From: Rhina ancylostomus
Taxonomy: Eukaryota
Length of the DNA stretch: 64,000 nucleotides
Direction of reading: 5' to 3'
Assembly (NCBI GenBank): GCA_030265395.1
Contig: JARFYF010000056.1
Coordinates: forward strand, 17,134,107 to 17,198,106
The position numbers and the translations under genes are program-made. The notes beneath the pieces are model-generated. The model was not told the origin of the DNA. It searched no databases and worked only from the letters and a program-made list of their open reading frames with translations. This document shows positions 1 through 12,903 of the stretch, one piece after another. Within the stretch, counting starts at the first letter, position 1, and each line of letters opens with the position of its first letter.

Positions 1-244
1 TATTCTGTGACTGAGGCTTCAGAGCCTTGGATGGTACTTACCAAATATTTATTAGCTTCTGGGTGAAGAAGTTGGTTCTCACCTGTCCTGAATGGCGGGT
101 GCCATATTTTGAGACTGAGATCCATTGTTGTAGGTGTCATTCTCTGAGACACCACAATTGTTTCATAGTCCATTTCTGTTGCTGATTTCGCCAAAAAAAA
201 ATCTACAACCACATTTTATCAATAGAAGTAGTTAATATTTTTAA

Positions 245-415
245 ATGTTGGTTGAAGGGTAAATATTGACAAAATCACTGCACAAAGGCCATTATTCTTC
301 AAAAGAGTGGTTATGCACTTTCAGCAGTGAAGCACTCCCTCACTGAAGCGTCATTCTTCTTGGTTTATTTCAAGTATGAGGGATGGAACTGAACCAACTA
401 CTTTCAGATTGCTGT
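245..415 (-). mobile_element. Degenerate DeuSINE (SacSINE1-like) fragment
   Basis: tgttggttgaagggtaaatattg...gcactccctca...gaactgaacc resembles the antisense Deu-domain plus tRNA-like head; related copy at 8795-9025. Confidence 0.55.
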
Positions 416-1149
416 TCTGATTTAACATTTATTTATCAGTCAGTTAAGGACTCCCCTTTTCAGCATTCAGAACTGCGTGGAACAAAAGAATAAATATTAG
501 AACTTGGGTACCATGAGCTAACTGGAGCTTGGATGAACTTGGTCTGCACTTGCACCTTGTCAAAAAGACTTAGTTATAGAGACTAATGTTACGCACCAGC
601 AACAAAAGAAATGTCATGTATAAGTGTAAGAAACTATTTTATTAATAACTACNNNNNNNNNNNNNNNNNNNNNNNNNNNNNNNNNNNNNNNNNNNNNNNN
701 NNNNNNNNNNNNNNNNNNNNNNNNNNNNNNNNNNNNNNNNNNNNNNNNNNNNNNNNNNNNNNNNNNNNNNNNNNNNNNNNNNNNNNNNNNNNNNNNNNNN
801 NNNNNNNNNNNNNNNNNNNNNNNNNNNNNNNNNNNNNNNNNNNNNNNNNNNNNNNNNNNNNNNNNNNNNNNNNNNNNNNNNNNNNNNNNNNNNNNNNNNN
901 NNNNNNNNNNNNNNNNNNNNNNNNNNNNNNNNNNNNNNNNNNNNNNNNNNNNNNNNNNNNNNNNNNNNNNNNNNNNNNNNNNNNNNNNNNNNNNNNNNNN
1001 NNNNNNNNNNNNNNNNATTTTAACTTATTTGTGTATGAAAGATCGTGTTTGTAAACAAGCTGTTTCTATACATATAAGTGACACTGTGTCAGAGTTTCAT
1101 TGTATGTGAACTACTTTCTGAATCTAAAATCTTTACCTAAAATTGTTTC

Positions 1150-1241
1150 ATATATATATGTGTGTACATATATATCTCAATAATGTGCGCGCGTGCACAA
1201 ATAAATAAATAGATAGATAGATAGATGTGTGTGTGTATATA
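1150..1241. repeat. Compound microsatellite (TA/TG/TAAA/TAGA)
   Basis: Visible short tandem runs. Confidence 0.8.
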
Positions 1242-1379
1242 TCACATTGTTCCATTTCAAAATCTCTTCCTAATGCAAATCATTCACCTTTGCTAATTTG
1301 ATACATTCCATCATTACAAACCTATTTTTGCATCCTGATTTAAATCCTGATTAAAAAGTTATGGATTCCAGTCACATAC

Positions 1380-1640
1380 TAGGAGGCTTCAGTTGTGTGT
1401 GTATTAGCACCGATGTCTGAGAGTTTTAATCTTCCTAATGAGGTGAGGTCATTTATGTGCTTGGAGTCTGACCACGTTTATCCCTCAACCAAAATCACTC
1501 AAAAATAAAGTCATTATCACATTGCTTGTTTGTAGAATGTTGCTGTGTGCAAATTCATTGCTACATTTCCTACATTTTTAGTAAACTAAAGATATCAATA
1601 ATCTTTGGGGTGAACTGAGATAAAAGATGTAGGTGTGCAT
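1380..1640 (+). mobile_element. DeuSINE fragment (Deu domain and 3' tail)
   Basis: tttatccctcaaccaaaatcac...attatcacattgct...ttgctgtgtgcaaatt...tttcctacatt; reverse-complement match to the element at 245-415. Confidence 0.5.
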
Positions 1641-1688
1641 ATTTATAAAAGTACAAATAAATTACTTTTAATGTTATTTTTCTCACAG

Positions 1689-1752
1689 GATTGAAGCTGT
1701 CACAGGGAATGGGCAAGTGGGGGCTGTGATCCGGTTACGCCAATTCCTAGAG
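1689..1752 (+). CDS. GLE1: GLE1 mRNA export factor, penultimate coding exon
   Basis: ttctcacag|G...GAG|gtaagc; 64 nt; translates (R)IEAVTGNGQVGAVIRLRQFLE, matching the human GLE1 C-terminal [22 protein letters not shown] as recalled. Confidence 0.92.
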
Positions 1753-2644
1753 GTAAGCCCTCTTTATATTTTCTCAATTCAAGCTCCCCGAAGGTTTGGG
1801 GGCATTTTCCAATCAGGATACATCAAGAGTAAAATTTTAAAAAATCGCTTTTGCCATATAGGTATTTTGAATGCTCTTGCCAGCAAAAGGACTATAGAAA
1901 TAACAACTTCCAGTTTTATATAACCATTTAATGCAGTAAAGTGTCCCTAAGGGCTTTGTAGAGCATTATCAACCAAAATTTAAAGGAAAGAGGTTTAGAG
2001 GGGGTTAATTTCAGAGATTAGTGGTTCGGCAACTAAAGACACAGAAGCAAGTGATAAGAGGGACTAAATATTGGAGCAGGGTACCTGCTATTTGATGTTG
2101 GTAGTCAATTTTATGTTATTGATGAAGGGTGTGCGGTAAATAATGTTCCTTATTCCAAGAATTATTTTAAATTAAGGTGACAGAAATCTACAGATAATAC
2201 TTTACATTGCAATGTTGATTAACCCAAACTAATTTCATCGTTGGACCAGTATAATGGAACAAGTCATTTTTTTCCTGTGTTTTGTGCTACATTTGCCCAT
2301 TGAAAATACTGAGAAATGTTGATTTATTTACTGCCTTTCATGGCTTTGATAATCCAAACCACTCACAGCCAATGAAATGCATCACAATGGTGATTACTTT
2401 GCAAAAGTAGAAATATTGCTGCCATTAATGCTGATCAAAAAAGATAATTTTCTCCACTGGTCACTGCAAGATTCTTTCCTTGTTTTGTGGTTTTCTTTCA
2501 TTAATCTCACACCATGTTGGGTGGCTGAAACTGATGATTTGTAAACTAGGAAGGAAATTATTTAGCTATGTTTACTAAGTAATCTCTTGTGTAATGTTAC
2601 CCCTGATTTTTATCTGGTCTGTGTCATTTTTATAATCTCTAATG

Positions 2645-2955
2645 ACAGAGAAGGAGGGCATTTGGCCTAACGAATCTATGATGGCTCTCTAAAGCAATCC
2701 TATTCCCCCACTTATTTTCCAGTAGCCTGTTCTCTCTCTCATGCCCATCAACTGCTATCAGCTCCCTGCACTCCAGATAATTTACATAAGACAATTAACC
2801 TACCAGCCAGTACCACTTTGAGATATGGGACAAAAGCAGAGCATCTAGAAGATATCTATGTGATCACAGGGCGAATGTGTAAACTTCATGCAGATAACAC
2901 CAGAAGTCATGATCAAACCTAGGGTACTGGGATAGTCAGACAGCAACACTAACTC
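2645..2955 (-). mobile_element. HE1/V-SINE-like tRNA-derived SINE
   Basis: caattaacctacc...gggcgaatgtgtaaacttcatgcagat...gatcaaacctagg matches the antisense V-domain and tRNA head; a second copy lies at 20495-20820. Confidence 0.65.
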
Positions 2956-3769
2956 CTGGACATATTTTGTTGGCGTGATTGCACAAGTCCTGGTCAACTT
3001 CCAGCCCTGAGCTTGCTGACTCTGATATTATGCATTCCTATGTTAGTAGCCCTGCCTTTTGACTTCTGGATTCTAGGGTCTGGGGTTATCTTCCCACATC
3101 ACATCTCTAAGTCCTAATCATCAATCCCCTTTCATATCTGAATAGTTGACCTCTGTTTCTCCTCAGCCTGGACCTTGTTGAGACTCTCAGCGCAATATTT
3201 ATGACGTTATACAGCATGGAGTAGTCTGTATGCCATTTCCTTGTAAGCGCTATCTAATTCGTATTACTCTCTTGTTCTTTTTCCATAGCCTTGAAAGTAT
3301 GTTTTGATAATGTTAACTGATTTTATAAATCACTAAAGCTGGGCTATTGTTCAATCCTGGTCACCATGCTTTAGGAAGGACACCATGAACTTGAAGGTGG
3401 ATGAGATTTACTATAATGGGATTATGACATTGGCTATATGACAAAAGTATAAAAAGGCCTGGATTCTCCCTACAGAAGGGAAGTTTTAGAACAAATTTAA
3501 TTTGTGTTGAAAATCATCCAATGAAATACTATGAGAAAATTGATCTAAGAAATTTGGCCACACATCTGGTGACTAGCTATTGAAGTGTTGTGACCAGCGG
3601 TCCAGGCCAAAAGATCATAAAGGTCTAAAGATAGACAGGTGGAGAAAATATAAACCAGATAACAATAAAATTGGAGTGGGCTTCAGTACAACATTATTTA
3701 GAGTCTTTTGGACCAGACTTGTTACATAACAAACACCTGTTTTGAAATGAGTAAATTTGTGGATAACAT

Positions 3770-4590
3770 GAAAATTGGTAGTGTTGTGCATAGGAGGAGG
3801 GTTGTCTAAGGCTACAGCAGGATATAGATCGATGGGAAAATTGGGCAGAACGGTGATAGATGGAATTTAATCCCAGCAAGTGCAAGGTGATGTATTTTGG
3901 GAAGTCAGGTGGGGTAGGACAGATGTTAAGGAATTTTGATGAACAGAGGGAACTTGGGGTTCATAGTTTCTTAAAAGTGGAACACAGGTAGATAGAATAG
4001 TGAAGAGGGCACCACTTCACCACTCATAGGTCAGGGCTTAGAATATAAAAGTTGTGATGTTATGCTGCAAGATTATAAAACACTGGTTAGACTGCACTTC
4101 GAGTATTGTGTGCAGTTCTGGTTGCCAGACAAATAGGAAGGATGTGATTGTGCTGGAGGCAGTTACAGAGGAGATTAGCCAGGATTGGAGGAGGACTTCA
4201 GTTATGCCGAGCGATTTGATAGGCTGAGCTTATTTTCCCAGAAGTGAAGGAAGCTGAGGGGTGACTTGATTGAGGTAAATAAATTTATAAGAGGCATGGA
4301 TAGGGTAGATAGTCAGAATCCCTTTCCCATGGTAGGGATATAGGTTTAGTGTGAGAGGAAGGGGATTTGAGAAGAGAGTTTTTTTAAACAGTGATTTATA
4401 TCTGGAACTTGCTGTCAGAGGGGGTACGGAATCAGATGCAGTCACTGTTTACGAGACATTTAGACTAGGCAAGGCATTGTAGGTTGCAGACCCAGTGCAG
4501 GCAAATGGGGTTGATGTAGATGGGCAAAAAGGTCTGAATGGGCGTGTTGGGCAGAAGGGCCTGTTTTGTGCTGTACAACTCTGACTCTAA
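3770..4590 (+). mobile_element. CR1-clade LINE, 5'-truncated (RT C-terminus to 3' tail)
   Basis: Decayed reading ...EGCLRLQQDIDRWENWAER...MEFNPSKCKVMYFGK; tail gaagggcctgttttgtgctgtacaactctgactct. Confidence 0.85.
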
Positions 4591-4623
4591 ATTTTTGATT
4601 TCTCTCACCTGTCTGCATTACAG

Positions 4624-4692
4624 AAATGCTTGAAACAAAAAGATTTTCCTTTACCGAAGGGTTACCTACAGCCTGGATTCTGGAAGTTATGA
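4624..4692 (+). CDS. GLE1: GLE1 last coding exon with stop (GLE1B-type C-terminus)
   Basis: cattacag|AAATGC...TGA; KCLKQKDFPLPKGYLQPGFWKL*, in frame with the previous exon; resembles human [22 protein letters not shown]. Confidence 0.92.
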   Translation, partial: KCLKQKDFPLPKGYLQPGFWKL

Positions 4693-6469
4693 ATAATCCA
4701 AAGAACTGAATCAACAAGCCAAGGGAAATTGATTTGTTCTAGTCTAAAACACTTTTTATTTTAATTTTGTATGTTAACATTAAAAATAATGCTTAATTCA
4801 AGTGGAATTGTCAGATTCAATGAACATTTTTACTTGATTTGCCATTTCTACTGTGACTTTAAGCTTTGCATTGTTCTTGATAATGTTCAAAATTTTGTAG
4901 ACCACTGAACAATAGTACTGTTAGTGATGAGGACAAGCTGTGTTTGAGAAGATGTGTATTTTAATTGATGGTTTGTGATTTTGAGTATTATGTAACATGA
5001 TATGAAGTCATCATGTGACTTATAGTATGAAATATCGGCATCCATTTTACTCATAGATTGCATCAAGTATGATGGGATTTAAGAATGGGTACAACAGATG
5101 TTTCATGACAGTATTGACAAGTTGTGTGAAGCCTTTATAAGGTGCTATATATTAACTTTGTGAAAAGATGTGTGGTATCTAGTGCTACAGTACATTAATA
5201 ATCTCATGGTTTGTGTGAATGTTAACTTGACTGCCTGAGATTTACTGAATTTATTGTTTTCTTTTGAAGGCAACGTGTTCTTTTTAAATATTGTTTTACC
5301 AACTTTTTGTTTGTTTCCATTTGCTCTTTACCTTGAAAAGCTGGGAGGGCTCTTTACATCAAACTTCCAATCTTCCATCAAAAGCATTCTCTCCTTGAAG
5401 GAAAATTATACTGAGCAATGATTTTATTCTATCCATCCTCTCTGCTGAGGAGTATTCTCTCTTTTTGGCATTGTGGCAGATGGGGATCTCAGCAGATGGA
5501 GGGTTGGATAATTTACTTTCCTGCCTTTTTCTGCTCTTCCCACAACTATCTTGTACACACTTTTGAAGTTGTGTTGTGCCATTTCACTGGGCATAAAATG
5601 AGGGACAATCAATCTTGCATTTATATGAAGCATTTAGGAAATTTCTAGCAAAATGAAAAGAGCCATTTCATCCATCTGGTTTGTGCCATTCATCTCCACA
5701 TAAGCTGACTCCTGTTATATTTTCATTTTTCCTATATTAACTTATTCGTCGATTTCTTTCACCCTAATGCACACCGAATAGAATAATGTTTGGCAGATGT
5801 TGCTGTCAATACTGAACTTCTAATTGCATAGAATTTGCCACAAGTTAAAAGGCTATTTGGCTCATGTCTAAATTTTGTATGTTTTACCTGAGTGTTCACT
5901 TTCTACTTCACCTTGTCCCATCTGCTTAATGTTCTTTGTTTCTTGAATTTATTGGTGACTATCTTGCATTTACAATCCCCATGGATTCTTTCCCTACAAG
6001 AGGTGGTCTTTTTTTGTTAACCTTTAAAAGCCATTTATAATTTTAAAGATCTCTATCTCTCCCAGAGTTAATTATATTTTAGTTAAAATATTTTAACATT
6101 TTCTTACATTTTTGCATCTTTTTTTGAGTAAGCAGATTAACTAGATATTTTAAAAAATGGGAAGTAGCCATGTGATACCAGTATGTATTTCTTCAATGCA
6201 AGGAGAAAGTATATTATTGTTTGAAGAAATAACAGAGCTCCATTCCTAAACAACTGTCAAATGAGCATATGTTGTCCCACTTAATTTTGATCATAATGCT
6301 TTGCGTTGTGTTGAATGTGTTATTTTTGTCAAAAGGAAATGTGTTAACTTTCCTAAATGCAGTGGTTTATGTAATTTTTTAATTGTTGACTGTTTACATC
6401 TTTGAGTAATTCAGTATTTATTAATGGACTTCTGTATGCAAGATGCAAATACTACTTCCTTTTTATGTA

Positions 6470-7510
6470 ACAATTTTAGCATAGCAAAAATGTTTCAAGG
6501 CATATCACAAGAGGATTATCAAGTTGAAAATTGATACCTGTCATATGTGGAAGTATTGGGGCAGTAGCAAAAGCTTGGTTAAAAACTTGGGTTTTGATGA
6601 GATGTAGAGATTAGAGAGGAAATTACAAAGCTTTAAGGAACTTGGATCTAAATGATGAAGTGTGCTTGTAAGTCTGAGGAGCTGAAGAAGATTGTAGAGG
6701 TTGGGAAGAGGCAAGACCTGAAAACAAGGATAAGTGTTTTAAAGTTAATGCTTTAATTAAATGAAACAGAATGGTCAGTTGATAATTGGCATGATGCAAT
6801 TTGGATAACATGTAGCAGACCTGTCTGTGACAGAAAGTAGTTGGAAAGATGGGCAGGAGTACATTGAAATGTTCAGGTTTAGGGGTAATAAAGCCTTGAA
6901 TAAAGGTTTCAGCAATTGATGAGCTGAGAGGGGAAGAGCTGGATGATCCAGAGTTGGAAAACAGAACAGTCTAAAACTGGCATAGAAGCAAAACTCATCT
7001 TGGTCAGAAATCGTGCTAAATTTGAGTACTTCGCTTAATTTTCAGAAAGATGTCAGGGTGTCAGTAAGTGGAGAATGGTGTTTATGCCAAGTGTTGTTGG
7101 TTTTTTCAGTCTTTAGTTGGAGAAAATTTCTGCAGATCCAGTCCTGGATGTCAGACAGTCTGACAATAGGTGGTGGTTCGGTAAATTTGGATATTAATAA
7201 CATACTTGTGGAAACTGCTGTGTTTTGGGATGATGTTGCTGAGGGGCAGCAAATAGATAATAATTGAGGGTGGTTCAAGGATAAAACTGAAGGAGACACC
7301 AGTAGTAACAAGTATTTCCTGGCTATAAATAGATAAGAATGGTGCAGACATGGGTCATCCTGTGGCAAACAGCAGATATTGCATGGAGGGAGTATGATGT
7401 AATTAACCGTATCAAACTGCAGACAGGTCAAGGAGGACAGGAGAGAGATCCCCTTCACCTTGTACAGGGAGTGGAATAACACTGTTGACTCCATCTGCCT
7501 TTTACTGGCT
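6470..7510 (-). mobile_element. L2-clade LINE RT remnant
   Basis: Minus-strand ORFs give GVSFSFILEPPSIIIYLLPLSNII and RLSDIQDWICRNFLQLKTEKT, decayed forms of the L2 GVPQGSILGP...WM..NFLQLN..KT motifs. Confidence 0.7.
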
Positions 7511-7747
7511 GACAATGAGAAGCATCAGCTGGGTTCCTGCTGATCACCACTCCAACATCTTTGATGTAAATTGCATGTCAGTTTGTGGTAAGTGACTGTT
7601 AATTGCATATGGAGGTTTGTGAGCTGATTTATTTAAACCTTCAGTATTTTAATCACTAAATTACATTACATGATTTACTTTAGTGTATTTGGTTCTAAGG
7701 TGTTTAAAGTCTCTGAGTTTAAGGAAAAAAGACATGCAAAGTAGCCT

Positions 7748-7749
<2 letters not shown>

Positions 7750-7792
<43 letters not shown>
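7750..7792. repeat. (TA)n microsatellite, about 21 units
   Basis: Perfect TA run. Confidence 0.97.
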
Positions 7793-7795
<3 letters not shown>

Positions 7796-8794
7796 GTATT
7801 TATATTCTCAGTTACTGCAAATGATCGGAAACAAATCAAGCAATGAATGAAAAGTAAACACAATATTTGCTAATTAAGAATTCATAAATTAAACTCCGCT
7901 GTAGAATTGATAGAGTATCCCTTCTGATCAGATAGATATGGACAATGGTCAACTGAGTCAGCAAATTAGAAATTTCTAGATTAATTTCTTCATTATTTGT
8001 TGAAATAGCTAATTTAATCCATGGTGGCAGAAGCCCCATAAACCTGGCTGCTCATAAAAATGTATTAGAAGTGTTAATGTTAAAAGTATTTGAAAGGCAA
8101 TAAATAATTTCAGGTTATGGTAATGTTTTTGGAAGAACTCCTCCATGTAGGTACTAATTCTTTTGAAATAAAAAAATGTGCATTTATCTTATCTGCTCAG
8201 GTATAACTTTGAAAACTGACCCAACCTTTGCCAAATCAAACCCAGAATATTGTTTGATATCTGACCTAACCTCACCACACATTGGGTATTATTGGGCTCA
8301 GATTGTGTAGCAGGCTGTAGAGGAAACGTCTGCCCTTCCAGTACATGACTCCACTGTATTACAGTTTTCAGTAAACTTTACTGCAGGCCTTGCCTTCAGC
8401 ATTCCTGACCTTGGATACTCTTACCTACCTGGTCAGCTCGGATCTATCCCTCAGGCTTTGTTCTGTTCCCTCCTGGCTTGCTTGTGCATGGAGCAAACAA
8501 CTTTGGATACAGCATACATATTGCTACCCAGCCATGAGGGAAGTGTTATGTTTATTAGATATGACTGTATGTTTCTACTGAAGCTGGAGGATTTGTAAAC
8601 TATTTTTCCTTCAAGACTTACTTAACCCAAGCTTAACATGTAGTTGAGTCCTGTTGAGCTCTGGTTGAATTGCCAGGTCCTTTTCTATAGTTTTGTTAAA
8701 GTTCCCAATGCACTATTTAGCCAACTAAATACTTCTCAATTTGTGCACAGTATGCTCCCATGAATATCACCATAATAAGGAACGTGTTTGTTTT

Positions 8795-9025
8795 TAAGTG
8801 TTGGCTAGAGCATTAGAGGAAAATCTCTTGCCTGTGTCCATCAAATATTTCACATCTAAATGAGAGAAGAGAAAAAGCCTATTTAAAATCTCATCCAAAA
8901 GTGAGAGCAGGAATTCTTCATCACTGCACTGGAATGCTAGCCTGTACGTTCTCAAATGTCTGGTGTAGGATATGAACCCATGACCTTCAGAGTTGGAGTA
9001 CTGTTCATTGAACCACAGCTGACAC
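8795..9025 (-). mobile_element. DeuSINE (SacSINE1-like) copy
   Basis: tctcatccaaaag...actgcactggaatgctagcct...gaacccatgaccttc...gaaccacagctgac. Confidence 0.6.
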
Positions 9026-10049
9026 ATATAGTTCTTTGTTTAAAAATGTAAAAACTCAATGGATAATCATTTCCCTATTGATATTATTTTAAAATTCCCC
9101 ACTTAGGATGGATAATTGAGGTATAGAAGCACTTCATTTTAAATTAATGGGCGTTGACGGTTCCTCGCCTAGCGTTTGCTAACTTGACGTGAGCTTGAGT
9201 CAGTAATCCTGATGGTAAGGAACTACAACTCTAGAAAAATTACTTTCACAGAAATTTTAATAGATCTATTCTTGGTTCAGCAAATTGCTTTCCAATTAAA
9301 TTATGTGCTTATCAAGATGGAGGCAGTGGGTTGTGGCAGAGAAAGCATCTTGTAGTTTGAGACTGTCGTGGCTGATGCAGCATAGAGGTTTAGTATTGGC
9401 AGCAACTAACGTTAAGGGCAATTAAGGGCGTACTCATTATACTCCCTGAATGCAGAGTATATTTTGTTTCCTTCTGATATTAGTGATACTATCAAAATTT
9501 GCAAATGCCACAGAAATAAACATAAAATTTTAAGCCCATCTCATCCATACCACTTTTTGAAAGAGCTATCTATTTTGTGAGGCTCCTTATGCTTTCTATG
9601 TAGCCCTGCAAGTTCCTTTTTTTTCAGTTACTTTTGAAAGTTGCATTTGTATCTACTTCCAATACACTTATTTGCCTTTTCTTAGTACTTGAGTTGTTCC
9701 TTTAAAATCAATTCATAAGCTGCTGTTTGAATTGTGACTGGTTTTGAGCACTTATTATCAGTACTAAATTCAAGGGTGTGAGAGAGTCCACTAAGATTCA
9801 TCTTGACAATAGAAGGGGAAACAAAGAAATGGGTATTTTCATTTGAGTTCAAAAGATCTGACAAAAATCATCAGCAGAACAAAAGGCAAAAGGAGTGTCT
9901 CCGTTTCAGAAATAGGCTGACAGCATTTGCTCTCCATGTAACCAATCTCTTTACACCTCTGCCTCTCAGCCTAAAACCTAACCTCTGCTCCTTTCCCATG
10001 AATGTGCTTATCTTGCACAATCATCTACCCCATGGCTTTGTGTCAAAAT

Positions 10050-10790
10050 ATCAACTGCTGGAAGAGCCTGGCATGTAAAGCAGCATAGGTACAATCAATA
10101 TTTTGGGTCGAGACCCTTCGTCAAGACTGCAAGAGGGAAGGTAGCCTGGATATTGAGGTGAGAGGGAGGGTTGGGACAGAGGCTGGTAAGTGATGGGCAG
10201 AACTGGAGGATGGGCAGATGGACTCAGGTGGGAGAGGGAGGAGTCTGGAGGTGGTAAGAGTGGAATGGGTGGGGGGTGNNNNNNNNNNNNNNNNNNNNNN
10301 NNNNNNNNNNNNNNNNNNNNNNNNNNNNNNNNNNNNNNNNNNNNNNNNNNNNNNNNNNNNNNNNNNNNNNNNNNNNNNATTGGAATGGGTGTGGGGTGTG
10401 GAGATGTCAAGGAAGGGTAAGACGCCAGAAGGGGGTTTCCAAGTGGAAGGAGTGCTGGTGATGTGATCAGTAGGGGGGGGGGTGGAGATTCCTCGCTGAA
10501 GAAATGGGCACAATGGCAGTGGAAGTGCTCAACACTAACCTGGAACTCATTGAGATGTGGGTCCAGGGGTACGAAGGTGAGGCCTCTGTTGAGGACCCAG
10601 AGAAAGGGTGGGTGCTAGAGAATGGTGAAGATACAGCAGGGGTTGGAGCCAGGTCACAGGAGGGTAATGGGTGAGAGGGCCCAGAGGTAGAGTGGCGGGA
10701 AAAGGAAGTCAGGAGGGAGGGGAGAAAAAGATTGAGGGTGGTTTTGGGTCTGGAGAGGAGAGAGCAAGGAGGCCCCAGTGGGCCTTTGTT
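10050..10790 (-). mobile_element. Penelope-like retroelement remnant (contains an N gap)
   Basis: LPFLDIS motif in the minus ORF 10121-10513; terminal sequence gcagcat...gacccttcgtcaagac is shared with copies near 23.2, 35.0, 53.6 and 58.6 kb. Confidence 0.6.
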
Positions 10791-12199
10791 TATCAGTTTC
10801 CTTTGATCCCTTTGCTCCTCACACACTTTATCTCAATGACGTTTCCCTGTTTTATTCTGCAGCAATATACTCATGCCTGAACAGAGCAAGTTAGACTTGT
10901 GTACAAGGCAGCTGAAATAAATCCAGGTAGTGATGCAGCTTTCTGAATTGATTTACTTTGAAAAGAACAGATGAGAAATTGCTGTCAATACTCAGGGAAA
11001 AATCCGAATATCGAGAAAAGTGAAATAAATGTAATGTTGAACCGAATGGAGAGGTGAAACCAAATTCCTTAACCCCATGCCTTCACTGCATTAAGCCTTA
11101 AACCACTGCATTAAAGCAATAAGCCACTGCATTAAAATTAAGGTGAAATTTTGAGGGGAAAAACCTAGTTTGCTTAATTATTCACAGTACATTAGTAAAC
11201 AAAAAAGCTTGCATTTTTGAAAAAATATTTTGAATGATCGTTCACAATGACAGCAGACGCTGGTATGTGCATGATTGTTTAACATCCTAAATTTGATATG
11301 CAAGTGTAATCTGGGGAAAGTGACTGAAAAAATCTGCCCTTTGAAGGATGGAAGTGACTGCAGCAACAACGTGCATTCTTGATAGCACAGAGGTAACCAA
11401 ATGCTAAATAGGGAAACTGACGGCCGGGGAGAGGGAAGGGAAGTACAAGCTTTTTTTGTTTGTAAATAGCAGGTCTTTCGTAAAGTCAGGCAAAAAGAAT
11501 TTGATCCTTTCAGGAATAATAACTCTGTTCCAACACAGGCGACAAAAAAAAATTGCTGAGTAATTTGAACGATTGCCAGATTATAAACTGCATTTCCCAA
11601 AAAGCCTTCCCTGGTGGAACTGTGGTATTGTGGCTCTGCAGATATTTGGTGCAGTGTGCACAACGCATGGGTCTGTGTGATTAGGTTTGGGAATGAATTA
11701 CGTGTATGTTTGGGGAGAAAAATCAGCTCCACTTAAAGGGGAAATGTACTTAACCTAAGAATCAGGTTTTACAAAAAATGTTAAAAGGGTAGAAGAATAA
11801 GGCAAAATAAAAGTAAAGGAAGGAGGAAGAGTGGATGGAGCACTTTGATAGAGTCTAGTACATCATCTGGACTCCTGAGGAACTTATAACAGGATTCTGC
11901 AGCTGAGATGATGCCCTTATACAGTTCCCAGTGTGTTCGGGGTTCTCTCTAATCCTCTGGCCAACGGTTCCCTCTGGTTTGCCTGTTATCGTACTCTTTG
12001 TTAGATATTGCTGTGAGTAAATTGGCAATAGTATTTTCTACATTACATCAGATTCTACACTAAAAATGTACCTTGTTGGCCATGTAGTGCTTGGGATGAC
12101 TTGGTTATGAAAAGCACTACATGAATACATGTTTTTAAAGACACATATTTTATCTTTTAAAATCGTTTAAAACTTGCAGCTTTTAAAATCCTCCCATCA

Positions 12200-12780
12200 G
12201 AATCGCTATAAAACTATATTCTGGGACACGCCCCTCTAACATTTAATCAGTATCCTAGCTTCCCCTATCAAATACATTTATAATTGTTCTTTAAACTTCC
12301 CACCTCTTATTATTGTGGGATTACTCAGCTGTTCAAGAGAAATAGTTCACCACCTACTCAAAAAGGCAGTAAATGCCATATTTAAAATAAACAATTCAAA
12401 GCATGCAAAGGTTTCGCATTCCAGTAACATTTTCTCGGGCCAATTAGAAATGGGCAATAGGGCTGATGTCACCAACGTTGCTTGAACAAAATAGAGTATT
12501 CGCGTATAATAAATTACTTTGAAGATAATTTATAGGTAAAGTAATATGGATGCCGAAGCAGCATCTCGAAGGATATGGGGAATTTTCCAAAACTGTCCCG
12601 AGTTGAATATGCTTTTGAACTTCGGGTTGAACACCCCAATGTTCAAAAGTCACTCGACCTTGAGAGCACCGAAACGGTGCCGCGCTTGAGAGACGGAACT
12701 GGCCGAAGCCAGAACCTCACCCGGATGACGGAAGTAGCCGAAGTAGGTGCCGCGCCCGCGCGACGGGATTAGCCGAAGAT
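12200..12780 (+). promoter_or_regulatory. SPTAN1: SPTAN1 CpG-rich promoter with no evident TATA box
   Basis: Main CpG-dense patch of the window (about 12600-12900); KLF/SP-like CACGCCC near 12226, CCAAT at 12440, ETS core CGGAAGT at 12729-12735 with neighbouring GGAA/GGAT cores. Confidence 0.7.
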
Positions 12781-12903
12781 GCTCGGGTCTATTCGTTTCC
12801 TTGCTGCAGATCGGTGACATCATCACCGTGGTCGGTAAAAGAGGCCGGAGCGAGCTCGGAGGGCGAGAGTCTGCAGTGATCAGCGAGCGAGTGAGAGGCT
12901 TTG
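12740..12903 (+). other. SPTAN1: SPTAN1 non-coding exon 1 (start approximate)
   Basis: CpG-rich segment ending at donor TTG|gtatgt (12904), followed by an abrupt switch to AT-rich sequence; the next coding exon has an acceptor 3 nt before the ATG, so an upstream exon is required. Confidence 0.65.

Noticed and set aside
653-1016. Possible upstream GLE1 exon in the gap
   Set aside because: Cannot be seen; the preceding exon may lie before the window
611-1054. Long ORFs over N runs (also at 10.2, 15.0, 53.0 and 56.3 kb)
   Set aside because: They are open only because of assembly gaps
4779-4784. ATTAAA as the GLE1 poly(A) signal
   Set aside because: Plausible but common in AT-rich DNA; the end of the 3'UTR cannot be placed
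11084-11135. CRISPR-like repeat-spacer pattern
   Set aside because: Repeats (11 bp) and spacers (9-10 bp) are far too short, there are no cas genes, and the context is vertebrate
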